The notes below the pieces were generated by a model that searched no databases, was not told the DNA's origin, and saw nothing but the letters and a program-made list of their open reading frames with translations. Shown here in pieces: positions 7,969 to 16,941 of a stretch of DNA of 64,000 nucleotides. Position numbers and translations under genes: made by a program. Source of the stretch: an uncultured bacterium (GTDB taxonomy: Bacteria; Macinerneyibacteriota; Macinerneyibacteria; Macinerneyibacteriales; DSCS01); the NCBI GenBank assembly GCA_964574875.1, contig CAZNOX010000001.1, positions 80,206 through 144,205 on the forward strand, given 5' to 3'. The stretch's first letter is position 1, and each line of letters begins with the position of its first letter.

Positions 7969-10437
7969 TCAGTGGGCTTCCTCCCAGTTTTTCCCTGAAG
8001 AGACTTCAGCTTTCATGGGAACGGAAAGCGGGAACGGGGTGGCCTCCATGACCTCGCGGATGAGGGGAAGGGTGTGTTCGAGCGCACTCTCTTTCACTTC
8101 AAAGAGAAGTTCATCATGGATCTGAAGAAGAAGGCGCACATTCCCGTCATCAGCCCACTTGTCATGGACACGGATCATCACCTCCTTGATGATATCGGCG
8201 GCACTCCCCTGTATGGGGGTATTCACGGCGATACGTTCTGCCGCTTCACGCATCATGCGGTTTTTCCCCTGAAGCCCGGGGACGCGCCGTCTTCTGCCTG
8301 ACAGGACGTCCACCCAGCCCTTTTCCCTGGCGTTCCTGATGGTCCTGTCGATAAAAGACCTGACTCCGGAAAAGCGTTCAAAATAGCGCCCGATGAGGGC
8401 TTCAGCTTCGGCAAGGGGAATATCAAGCTGTGAAGAGAGGCTGAAGGCCGACTGGCCGTAGATGATCCCGAAGTTGACGGCTTTGGCCCGATGACGCATC
8501 TCAGAGTCTGCGGTGCCGAAGAGGCGCCGTGCCGTCTCACTGTGGATATCTCCTCCCTGGCGGAAGATCGAAATCAGATTCTCATCTCCGGAATAGTGCG
8601 CCATGATGCGGAGTTCCATCTGGGAATAGTCAGCCGAGACGAGGGAATACCCCTCATCGGCCACAAAAAGCTGGCGCATGCGCTTTCCCCACTCCCCGTA
8701 GATGGGAATATTCTGAAGATTGGGGTTTTTCGAAGAGAGCCGCCCCGTCGCCGTTCCGCAATAATCCAGGGTGGAATGGAGCCGCCCGTTTCTGTCCACA
8801 GCATCCAGGTAGGGAAGGATGTAGGTGGAGAGGATCTTCTGGATCTTCCGGTATTCCAAAAGCATCTCTCCCACGGGGTGGACAGAGGCGACCTTCTGAA
8901 GGACCGACTCATCCGTGGCATAACCCGTTTTGGTCTTCTTCAGCCGTCCGGGGATCTTCAAAGCCATCTTCTCGAAAAGGACGTCTCCCAGCTGCTTGGG
9001 AGAACGGATATTGAACTCTTCTCCGCATTCACGGTAGATCTCCTTTTCCCGGTCGGATGTGGCCTCTTCCAGTTCAGTCCTGTAGGCCTCCAGAAGCGTT
9101 GTGTCGATCTTCACTCCGTACTCTTCCATGCTCCTGATGACCTCCGGAAGCCGCAGTTCAGTCGTGTCCAGATAATCCCAGTGCCCGCGCTGTTCAAGCT
9201 GGGAACGGGCCTGCAAGAAAAAGTCGCGGAGTTCCTGTATCGTCCGGATGGAGCGTTGCTCATAAAACCCTTTTGCCGTGGACGCGGTCTCCGAGTCATG
9301 GGCCCAGTAGTCCAGCAGGCGGAGGTCCCGGATTTTGCAGGATGCGTCATGTTCCCTGAGGAAGGTATGGGCGTCGTAGGTCCAGAGGAGAAGCCCCGGG
9401 CGCTTGAGAAAACCGGGTTCTCCCGGAACCGTGTAATACTCTTCCGTCTCCACGCCTCCGAGAAAAAAGCCCTCCTCTCCCTCCATGAGGAGGAACTCCC
9501 CCTTCTCACAGTCAAAGGGGCCGCTCTCATAGATGACCTCTCTGCCGGGAGCAGGCTTCTCTTCGGCCTTGTGGGCGATATATTTCATAAGAGAGAGAAA
9601 ACGCTGCTGAGTGAAATAGTCCCTGATGAGCTCAGGATCATAGGCCGGGAACCTCGCCTCTTCAAAGTCCAGGTCCATGGGAATCTGCCTGTTGATCACC
9701 ACGAGTTTTTTGGAGAGACGGAGCATCTCCTCCTGTTCTCTGATCTGATCCCTGGCCCGGGGGTTGGGGATCTCGTCTGACTGTTCAATAATGGATTCCA
9801 CATCCCCCAGGGCTTTGATGAGGTTTTTCGCCCCCTTGGGGCCGATCCCCTTCACACCGGGGATATTGTCAGAAGCATCTCCCATGAGGGCCAGGTAGTC
9901 GGTAAAATGCTCCAGGCCGAACCCGTACTCCTCTTCAAAAACCTTTCTGTCATAGCGCTTGTCTTCTTTGGGGCCGCTTCTCACCACACTCACATGGTTA
10001 TCGATGAGTTGAAGAAGGTCTTTATCAGGAGTGTAGACCAGGACCTCACACCCCCTTCTCTCCTTCACCTTCTCTGTGATAGTCCCGATAATATCGTCGG
10101 CTTCATGTCCGGAGATCTCGATGCGTTTGATCCGGGCCAGATCAAGGAATGATTTGATGTTTGCGATCTGAAGGCTCAACTCATCGGGCATGGGTTTCCG
10201 GTTGGCTTTATAATCAGCAAAAAGCTCGTGGTTGTCTGTCTTGCCCCGGGAATCAAAGGCGACATAGAGAAAATCCGGACGATGAGCCTCCAGCAGCCCG
10301 AAGAGCTTACGTAAAAATCCGTACAGGGCGCCCACGGGCTCCCCGCGGGGATTGGTCAGGTTCTGACGTTGAAAAGCATAAAAGGCCTGATAGGCCAGGG
10401 CATTACCGTCCACAAGGAAAAAACAGTCAGGTTTCAT
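7969..10437 (-). CDS. polA: DNA polymerase I (intact 5' nuclease, vestigial 3'-5' exonuclease domain)
   Basis: LVDGNALAYQAF, EADDIIGT, motif A DYSQMELR, motif B KAVNFGIIYG, motif C QIHDEL; start ATG 10437 overlaps the upstream stop. Confidence 0.96.
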   Translation of the reverse strand: MKPDCFFLVDGNALAYQAFYAFQRQNLTNPRGEPVGALYGFLRKLFGLLEAHRPDFLYVAFDSRGKTDNHELFADYKANRKPMPDELSLQIANIKSFLDLARIKRIEISGHEADDIIGTITEKVKERRGCEVLVYTPDKDLLQLIDNHVSVVRSGPKEDKRYDRKVFEEEYGFGLEHFTDYLALMGDASDNIPGVKGIGPKGAKNLIKALGDVESIIEQSDEIPNPRARDQIREQEEMLRLSKKLVVINRQIPMDLDFEEARFPAYDPELIRDYFTQQRFLSLMKYIAHKAEEKPAPGREVIYESGPFDCEKGEFLLMEGEEGFFLGGVETEEYYTVPGEPGFLKRPGLLLWTYDAHTFLREHDASCKIRDLRLLDYWAHDSETASTAKGFYEQRSIRTIQELRDFFLQARSQLEQRGHWDYLDTTELRLPEVIRSMEEYGVKIDTTLLEAYRTELEEATSDREKEIYRECGEEFNIRSPKQLGDVLFEKMALKIPGRLKKTKTGYATDESVLQKVASVHPVGEMLLEYRKIQKILSTYILPYLDAVDRNGRLHSTLDYCGTATGRLSSKNPNLQNIPIYGEWGKRMRQLFVADEGYSLVSADYSQMELRIMAHYSGDENLISIFRQGGDIHSETARRLFGTADSEMRHRAKAVNFGIIYGQSAFSLSSQLDIPLAEAEALIGRYFERFSGVRSFIDRTIRNAREKGWVDVLSGRRRRVPGLQGKNRMMREAAERIAVNTPIQGSAADIIKEVMIRVHDKWADDGNVRLLLQIHDELLFEVKESALEHTLPLIREVMEATPFPLSVPMKAEVSSGKNWEEAH

Positions 10438-10993
10438 CGCACCCCTCCCCGCGGGCCTGTTCCACGGCTTTCTGCCAGCTGCCGAACCTCCTGTAGGCCC
10501 GGGCATAGAGGGTCGGGTCATCTTTTGAGACCGTGGTCCGAAGCGGATTTTCAAGATAACGCCGGATCACACACAGAAGCTCATGGTCCTTAAACCGGGT
10601 CACAGCCTCCTCATGCCCCGCTTCCCTGAGCGCCGCTTTCCAGGAGCCGAACACTCGCCGGGCCGACGAGTAGAGACGGGGTTCGTCTCTGTAGACACGG
10701 CTGAGTTCTCCCGGGCTTTTTCCCCTCAGGATGTCCAGGATCTTCTCATGATCCCAAGCGTCCTTCTTTTTTCTCTCTTTTCGGGCTTTCCGGTACTCTT
10801 CGTCCGGATCAAGGCCGCATCGGTCCAAAGCGGCTTTCCAGTGTCCGTAATATTTTTTTCGGATAGCAGCATTAAAGAGCCGGGGGTTGACCCTGCGGAC
10901 AGACCCGGGAGTCAGAGGGACTCCGTTTCGTTTCAACGTGCGGATCTCTTCACAGATCTTCTCTTTATCCCAACGGATGTTTTTTTTAAGCAC
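10427..10993 (-). CDS. Protein of three helical repeats ending in (F/Y)G(S/H)W..A (homing-endonuclease-associated-repeat-like), no nuclease domain
   Basis: Repeats PRLFNAAIRKKYYGHWKAAL / PRLYSSARRVFGSWKAAL / PTLYARAYRRFGSWQKAV. Confidence 0.7.
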   Translation of the reverse strand: MLKKNIRWDKEKICEEIRTLKRNGVPLTPGSVRRVNPRLFNAAIRKKYYGHWKAALDRCGLDPDEEYRKARKERKKKDAWDHEKILDILRGKSPGELSRVYRDEPRLYSSARRVFGSWKAALREAGHEEAVTRFKDHELLCVIRRYLENPLRTTVSKDDPTLYARAYRRFGSWQKAVEQARGEGCDET

Positions 10994-10998
10994 AGAGA

Positions 10999-11481
10999 TT
11001 ACCTTTTATAACCGATGGTCCGTAAAAACGCCTGCCTTTTCTCAATATCCTCGTCGTTTTCCTGCCCCGCAGGCTTCTTGCCGTCGATCACGCCGATGAT
11101 TCCGCGTCCCTCTCCGTTATCGGCCACCAAAACGGTGAGAGGGTTCGCCGTGGCGGCAAAGATGGAGCAGACTTCGGGGACCTGCTTGACCGAGTTCAGG
11201 CAATTGACGGGAAAAGCATCCCGCATGATGATGAGAAACGCATGACCCGCGCCGATACGCTCCAGGTTTTCCGCTGCCGTCTTTCGCAATTCCGCATCCG
11301 TGCCTTCATGGCGGACCAGGCAGGGCCCGCTGGCCTCATTAAACGCAAGCCCGAACCGGATTCCGGGAAAAGCCTGCACCAGGGCTTCATAAAGGTCTTC
11401 CACTGTTTTAATGAAATGGGCCTGGCCCAGGATAATATTGTCATCGTCTTCTTTGTGAAGTTCCACACTGATTATGTCCAT
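10999..11481 (-). CDS. Adenosine-specific kinase family protein (DUF355)
   Basis: NIILGQAHFIKTVEDLYE, FGLAFNEASGPCLVR, IFAATANP, GRGIIGVIDG. Confidence 0.9.
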   Translation of the reverse strand: MDIISVELHKEDDDNIILGQAHFIKTVEDLYEALVQAFPGIRFGLAFNEASGPCLVRHEGTDAELRKTAAENLERIGAGHAFLIIMRDAFPVNCLNSVKQVPEVCSIFAATANPLTVLVADNGEGRGIIGVIDGKKPAGQENDEDIEKRQAFLRTIGYKR

Positions 11482-11510
11482 AGAGACTCCTTTTTTTGGC
11501 ACTTTCAATC

Positions 11511-11589
11511 ATTATAGAGCAATTTAGTCAAAGGTCAAGATGCCCCGAAGGGAAAAGAATCTTGACAAAAAGCCCCCGACTCTTAATAT
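11511..11589. promoter_or_regulatory. Divergent promoter pair for the adenosine-kinase/polA operon (-) and the DnaA-like gene (+)
   Basis: Minus: TTGACC(11538-33)-N16-TATAAT(11516-11). Plus: TTGACA(11562-67)-N16-TAATAT(11584-89). Confidence 0.7.
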
Positions 11590-11609
11590 TAAGAGAAAGG
11601 GAGGTTTTG

Positions 11610-13931
11610 ATGCAAAAGCTTTTTGAAATCAATGGAATCGGGATACATCTCACAACCCAGGCCTCTGATTCCCTGGGACACACCGGATTCCTTTCTATCG
11701 AAGGGTCCGTATCCCCGAATAATATCCAGAGTTTTGAAGCCGCTCTGAAAAAGATCAAGGCCTTCGATATCTCTGTGATCGTCATCGATTTCAGCAAAGT
11801 CTCTTCATTCTGTGATGAAGCCTGGGCCGTGATCCGGCAGCAAAAAGAGAACCTCTCCCGTCCCGGAGAAGAGATCTTTCTTCTCAGGATGCCTCCCACC
11901 CTTTTCGAACAGTTTCACGCCCAGGGACATGACGAAATCCTGAAGCATTTCAGGGCCTTCGGCGACCTGGACCGCTACATGGTCTCCGCATCAAACAAAA
12001 CGCTCGCTGCCCCTGAGACAGAGGCCCCGGACATCTCGGATGAAGACAAGCCCGATTCCACGGAGAAGGCCATGGACAAACCGGCTCAGCCCACTCCATT
12101 TTCTCATGAAGAGACTGAAGAAGTCCTGTCAGAGGATCTTCCGGAAATCCCTGAAGAGGACATTATGGAGGACAACGCCCCGCAAGTGATGCAGGAACGC
12201 TTCCCTCTCAATGAGAGCCGGGAAGTCTTCGAAGAGACGGAACTTGCCGACCTTCCCGAAGAAGATATCGAAGAGGCGCTTCCTTCAAAGTCCTTCGGAG
12301 CGGAATCCATCCCTGAGAAAATGATCGCTATCCGGGGAAAGCTGCGCTCCTTATTTGAAAACAAGATCTACGAATGGAAAAGCCTGGGGTACGACACCGC
12401 TTACCTGGATGCCTATCTGGATAAAAACCTGGACGAAGCCAAAAAAGCCTTTGCCCTCTACTCCAAGAACCTTGCAGACTGCCGCGAGATGGAAGCCGCA
12501 GCCGACATGATCGAAAATCCGGCCATGAAAAAGGATCTGCTTCTGACAAAATCCCTTCTGAAAAAACCCATGGAGATCGATAAGGCCCGTGAAGCCTTTT
12601 CCCGTCTTCTCAAAGAAGCGGAACAGCTTGACCATGATGCTTTTCTTCCCCTGGCCGACTACCAGTTTGACAATTTCATCAAAGGGAACAATAAAGACAC
12701 CATAGAGATGGTCCTTCACCTTGTCCACCATCTGGACGCCTACGACCGGCCTCTTCTGCTCCATGGAGCCAACGGGACGGGCAAGACCCATATCCTTAAC
12801 GCTATCGGAAACACCATCCGTCTGAAGACATCACGCTCAGTCAACTACATTCCCGCCAACAACTTCATCGTGGAGCTGGAAAACATGCGCGAACAGGGAA
12901 GGCTTCACCTTTTCAGAAAACGGTACATGTCCTGTGAGGTCCTTCTCTTCGATGATGTCCATCTGCTTGAAGACGCCTCGTCCGCCGCTCATGAGTTCCG
13001 GTTCCTCATGGACGCCCTGGCCAGACAGTCAAAGCTGCTGATCATGGCCTCCGTCCTCAAGGCCGATGATTTCAAGTTTGTGAGCAAAGACCTTCAGTCA
13101 CGCCTGAAAAGCGCCATCCACCTCACCATGGCACCGCCTGACGAAGCCACATTGTCGCGTATCCTGGACAAACGCATGGGAGAGCTGAAGATCGATTCAG
13201 AGAAAGGCGTTCCCCGCTATCTGGCTCAAATGGCTCCCGGAGACATCAGAAAAGCCTTCGGGCTTCTGGAAACACTGCACCTCTATGCCAAGACTTATCA
13301 TGAAAGCATCAGTTTCGAACTGGTCCGCGAACTGACCTCGTCCACACTCTCCTATGAAGAGATCCGTGAGATGACACCTCCCGCCCCTCCCCAGGAGACG
13401 ATCTTCCCTGAACGGGAGGACTCCTTTCCAAAAGAGGAGTCCATCGGGGAGATGGAAAACGAACCCGAAGAGTCCCTTTCTGCGGATGTCGAAGAGGAGG
13501 TCTCATTGACCCCGGACGAAGGAGAGGACACCGTGTCCCTTCCCGAAGGGATGGAGCACAGGCTTGAAGGCGATATCCCCGACTATCTCCCTGAAGAGGG
13601 CGACGAGCCGGAGTCCTTCTCTGAAGAAGAGAATATCGTCCTTCCCCGTGAAGAGACTCCGGAAAATGAAGAGGCCGTTGTCTCCCCGGAAGAAGAGGAA
13701 TCCTTTGAACTTCCTGCAGAGGAGACGCCTGCAGAAGAGGAGGAGAGCCTGATCTCCGAAGAAGAGAAGGCTCCTTTCAATGAAGAATCTCCGTCTGAAG
13801 ATGATTCAGACCCCTTTGCCGGGCTGGATGATGATGAAGAGGGCCGCCCTCTTAGCGATGTCACAGAGGACTCTGACCTTGACCTCTGGGATGAAGTGGA
13901 TGAAAACGAAGACGATCCCTTCGCCCTGTAA
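11610..13931 (+). CDS. Multidomain DnaA/Hda-family AAA+ ATPase: STAS-like N-terminus, helical linker, DnaA domain III, long acidic tail; no domain IV
   Basis: FDNFIKG, Walker A GANGTGKT (12765-12788), Walker B LLFDDVH, LQSRL, GDIRKAFG; STAS-like VIVIDFSKVSSFCDEAWAVI; AAGGGAGG RBS before ATG 11610. Confidence 0.8.
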   Translation: MQKLFEINGIGIHLTTQASDSLGHTGFLSIEGSVSPNNIQSFEAALKKIKAFDISVIVIDFSKVSSFCDEAWAVIRQQKENLSRPGEEIFLLRMPPTLFEQFHAQGHDEILKHFRAFGDLDRYMVSASNKTLAAPETEAPDISDEDKPDSTEKAMDKPAQPTPFSHEETEEVLSEDLPEIPEEDIMEDNAPQVMQERFPLNESREVFEETELADLPEEDIEEALPSKSFGAESIPEKMIAIRGKLRSLFENKIYEWKSLGYDTAYLDAYLDKNLDEAKKAFALYSKNLADCREMEAAADMIENPAMKKDLLLTKSLLKKPMEIDKAREAFSRLLKEAEQLDHDAFLPLADYQFDNFIKGNNKDTIEMVLHLVHHLDAYDRPLLLHGANGTGKTHILNAIGNTIRLKTSRSVNYIPANNFIVELENMREQGRLHLFRKRYMSCEVLLFDDVHLLEDASSAAHEFRFLMDALARQSKLLIMASVLKADDFKFVSKDLQSRLKSAIHLTMAPPDEATLSRILDKRMGELKIDSEKGVPRYLAQMAPGDIRKAFGLLETLHLYAKTYHESISFELVRELTSSTLSYEEIREMTPPAPPQETIFPEREDSFPKEESIGEMENEPEESLSADVEEEVSLTPDEGEDTVSLPEGMEHRLEGDIPDYLPEEGDEPESFSEEENIVLPREETPENEEAVVSPEEEESFELPAEETPAEEEESLISEEEKAPFNEESPSEDDSDPFAGLDDDEEGRPLSDVTEDSDLDLWDEVDENEDDPFAL

Positions 13932-13945
13932 ATGAAAGGAAAAGC

Positions 13946-14461
13946 ATGACCGACTCGCGACAAAAAATCCGCCGTTTTACATCCCTGGGAATCTTTACAA
14001 GCCTTGTCATTATCATGACTCTTTTCGCCCGTATTCCCATGCCTCAGATCAAAGGATACATCAACCTGGGAGACTCCATGATCCTCCTGGGGACGCTCTT
14101 CTTCGGCGGAGCCTTCGGTGCTGTCATCGGCTCATTCGGATCGGCTTTAGCTGACGTGATCGGAGGGTACCCGAACTTTGCCATCTTCACCTTTATCATC
14201 AAAGGGATCGAGCCCTTGATCTTTGCCCTGCTCATCCGCGCGGGACAGAAAAGAGGCTATTCCATTCCCCGCCTTCTCTACGGAGCCGCTTTTGCCATGT
14301 TCTGGATGGTCGCCGGCTATTTCTGGGTGGAATATTTCATGTTCGGAGCCCCGGCAGCCTTTGCTGAAGTCCCCGGCAACATCATCCAGGCGGTGGGATC
14401 CATCTTTATCAGCATCGGACTCTACAATATCGTCCGGAATACAGTGAAAACACCCGCTTAA
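13946..14461 (+). CDS. ECF transporter substrate-specific (S) component
   Basis: IPMPQIKGYINLGDSMILL, GSALADVIGGY, TFIIKGIE, EVPGNIIQA. Confidence 0.85.
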   Translation: MTDSRQKIRRFTSLGIFTSLVIIMTLFARIPMPQIKGYINLGDSMILLGTLFFGGAFGAVIGSFGSALADVIGGYPNFAIFTFIIKGIEPLIFALLIRAGQKRGYSIPRLLYGAAFAMFWMVAGYFWVEYFMFGAPAAFAEVPGNIIQAVGSIFISIGLYNIVRNTVKTPA

Positions 14462-16896
14462 CCCTTTTTCTCCGGGGCTTTCTCGAGAGAGACAAGCCCC
14501 TTCTTTTCATCCAGCAGAACATGATCCCCTTTTTGGAACCGCCCGGACAGGATATCCCGCGAAAGGGCCGCTGTGACTTCCTTCTGAAGCAGACGCTTGA
14601 GAGGCCGGGCTCCCATGGTGGGGTCATAACCCAAGTTCACCATAAGCTGAAGGAACCCTTGCGAATAATCCAGTGTGATTCCCTGAGCCTCCAGCCTTTG
14701 GGCGATCCTCTGAAGCTGAAGGATGACGATCTCACGGATCTCTTCTCTTGAAAGAGGGGTAAACAGCACCATCTCATCCACCCGGTTGAGGAACTCCGGT
14801 TTGAAGTATTGATGAAGAAGCCCCCTGATGATCTCATTGAGGTCTGTCATGGCCGTTTCAGCTGATCCGTTGTCTTCTGCGGTGAGCCTGTCGGAAATAT
14901 GCTGGGCTCCGATATTGGATGTCATGATGATGATGGTGTTCCTGAAATTGACATTCCGTCCTTTACCGTCAGTGAGTCGCCCCTCGTCAAAAAGCTGAAG
15001 CAGGATATTCATCACATCAGGATGGGCCTTCTCGATCTCGTCCAGGAGGATCACCGAAAAGGGCTTGCGCCGAACAAGTTCTGTGAGCTGCCCCCCTTCA
15101 TCATGGCCCACATATCCCGGAGGAGAACCGATGAGCCGGGCAACGGCGTGTTTTTCCATATATTCCGACATATCGATACGGATGAGAAGGGATTCGTCGC
15201 CGTAAAGGAACTCAGTGAGAGCTTTTGAGACCTCTGTCTTTCCCACTCCTGTGGGCCCTAAAAAGAGAAAGACTCCGGCGGGTTTGTCGGGATCAGAGAG
15301 CCCTGCCCGTGATGTCCTGACCACTTCACTCACTTTTCTGATGGCCTCTTCCTGGCCCACGACCCTTTTGTGCAGCCACGCTTCCATATCAAGGAAGCGG
15401 GCCGACTCTTCAGCAGTGAGCCGGTTAACGGGGATCCCCGTCCACCTGGAGATGATCCGGGCGACATCGTCCTGGCGGACCACGTTATCCCGCTGTTCCC
15501 GGGCCCGCTTGTCTTCCCACTCATCCTTGGCTTCTTTGAGTTTCTCTTCCAGCTGTTTTTCCTCGACGCCGAGGTGGGCGACTTTTTCATAATCGCCGTC
15601 ATTAAAGGCCGATTCCTTTTCACGCCGTATGGAATCGAGTTTCCGCTCAAGCTGAGAGAGTTCTTCAGGAGTCTTAAAGGCATTCAGCCTCACCATGGCG
15701 GCCGCTTCATCGATGAGGTCGACAGCCTTGTCAGGGAGATGCCTGTCTGAGATATAACGCGCTGAAAGGAAGACAGCCGATTCCAGGGCATCATCTGTGA
15801 TATGGACCCGGTGAAAAGTCTCGTACTTCTCTTTGATCCCCTTGAGGATCCGGACAGCATCGTCAAGCCCGGGTTCTTCCACAAAGATGGGTTGAAATCG
15901 TCTCTCCAATGCCGGGTCTTTTTCAATATAGGTGCGGTACTCATCCACCGTGGTGGCTCCGATACACTGGATCTCTCCGCGGGCGAGGACGGGTTTCAGG
16001 ATATTGGCGGCATCCATGGCTCCCCCGCTTCTTCCGGCCCCGATGATGGTGTGGATCTCATCGATGAAGAGGATGATCTCACGCCGCTCTCCGATGATCT
16101 CCAGGACTTTTTTCAGGCGTTCTTCGAATTCACCCATATATTTGGCTCCTGCCAGGAGAGCCGCCATGTCCAGGGAAAGGATCTTCTTTTCTCTGAGGAT
16201 CTCCGGGACGTCGTTTTCCATGACACGCAGGGCCAATCCTTCGACGATGGCGGTCTTCCCCACACCGGCGTCTCCGATGAGAACGGGATTATTCTTCATC
16301 CTTCTGGAGAGGATGTGAATGAGCCTCTCGATCTCCTTTTCCCTCCCGATGACAGGATCCAGTTTATTCTGACGGGCGCGGGTGATGAGATCGATGGAGT
16401 AGCGGTTCAGGTACTCATCCTGTTCGCTGACCTGTGCTCCCTCTTTCTGGCTCATCCGGGTATACTCCCGGACTTTCTGCCGGGCCAGATCCAGATCAGC
16501 TCCAAGACTTCTCAACACGCGGTAGGAGACATTCTCCGATTCCCGGAGGATCCCCAGGAAAAGATGCTCCGGGCCCACGTACTGATGCCCCATCTCATTG
16601 GCCTCTTCAAAAGCCAGCCGGAGGATCATCTTGACCCCGGGAGTCAGATTATCCTCTTCACCTCCGGGCTGCTGCCGCCCCGGCTGGATAAAGCGCTGGA
16701 GATCCCGGGAGACAGACTCGTCGGAAATATTCAGAGCTGCAAAGACTTTTTCGAGGACTTTCCCCTTATGATCCAGAAGCGCAAGCAAGAGGTGCTCCGC
16801 TCCGATAAAATTATTGTTGTATTGACGGGCATAAGCGCCGGCCTGATAGACCGCCTCCCTGGCCCGGTCACTGAATGTGTCAAAAATATTCATCAT
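14458..16896 (-). CDS. clpC: ATP-dependent Clp protease ATP-binding subunit, ClpC type
   Basis: Clp-N repeats, GDAGVGKT and GPTGVGKTE Walker A motifs, short UVR-like middle domain, RIDMSEYMEKH. Confidence 0.88.
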   Translation of the reverse strand: MMNIFDTFSDRAREAVYQAGAYARQYNNNFIGAEHLLLALLDHKGKVLEKVFAALNISDESVSRDLQRFIQPGRQQPGGEEDNLTPGVKMILRLAFEEANEMGHQYVGPEHLFLGILRESENVSYRVLRSLGADLDLARQKVREYTRMSQKEGAQVSEQDEYLNRYSIDLITRARQNKLDPVIGREKEIERLIHILSRRMKNNPVLIGDAGVGKTAIVEGLALRVMENDVPEILREKKILSLDMAALLAGAKYMGEFEERLKKVLEIIGERREIILFIDEIHTIIGAGRSGGAMDAANILKPVLARGEIQCIGATTVDEYRTYIEKDPALERRFQPIFVEEPGLDDAVRILKGIKEKYETFHRVHITDDALESAVFLSARYISDRHLPDKAVDLIDEAAAMVRLNAFKTPEELSQLERKLDSIRREKESAFNDGDYEKVAHLGVEEKQLEEKLKEAKDEWEDKRAREQRDNVVRQDDVARIISRWTGIPVNRLTAEESARFLDMEAWLHKRVVGQEEAIRKVSEVVRTSRAGLSDPDKPAGVFLFLGPTGVGKTEVSKALTEFLYGDESLLIRIDMSEYMEKHAVARLIGSPPGYVGHDEGGQLTELVRRKPFSVILLDEIEKAHPDVMNILLQLFDEGRLTDGKGRNVNFRNTIIIMTSNIGAQHISDRLTAEDNGSAETAMTDLNEIIRGLLHQYFKPEFLNRVDEMVLFTPLSREEIREIVILQLQRIAQRLEAQGITLDYSQGFLQLMVNLGYDPTMGARPLKRLLQKEVTAALSRDILSGRFQKGDHVLLDEKKGLVSLEKAPEKKG

Positions 16897-16941
16897 AACG
16901 CCTCCTTACACAACATAAACAAAAAGAAAGCGCTCAGGTTC

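Noticed and set aside
11481-11610. Replication origin next to the DnaA-like gene
   Set aside because: The intergenic region is about 130 nt, filled by two promoters, and has no TTATCCACA boxes or DUE; the protein lacks domain IV, and no dnaN or gyrB is nearby
13370-13931. GAA-rich low-complexity DNA as a tandem repeat
   Set aside because: It reflects Glu-rich coding; no regular repeat unit
13931-13946. TPP or other riboswitch before the ECF S component
   Set aside because: The intergenic gap is only 14 nt
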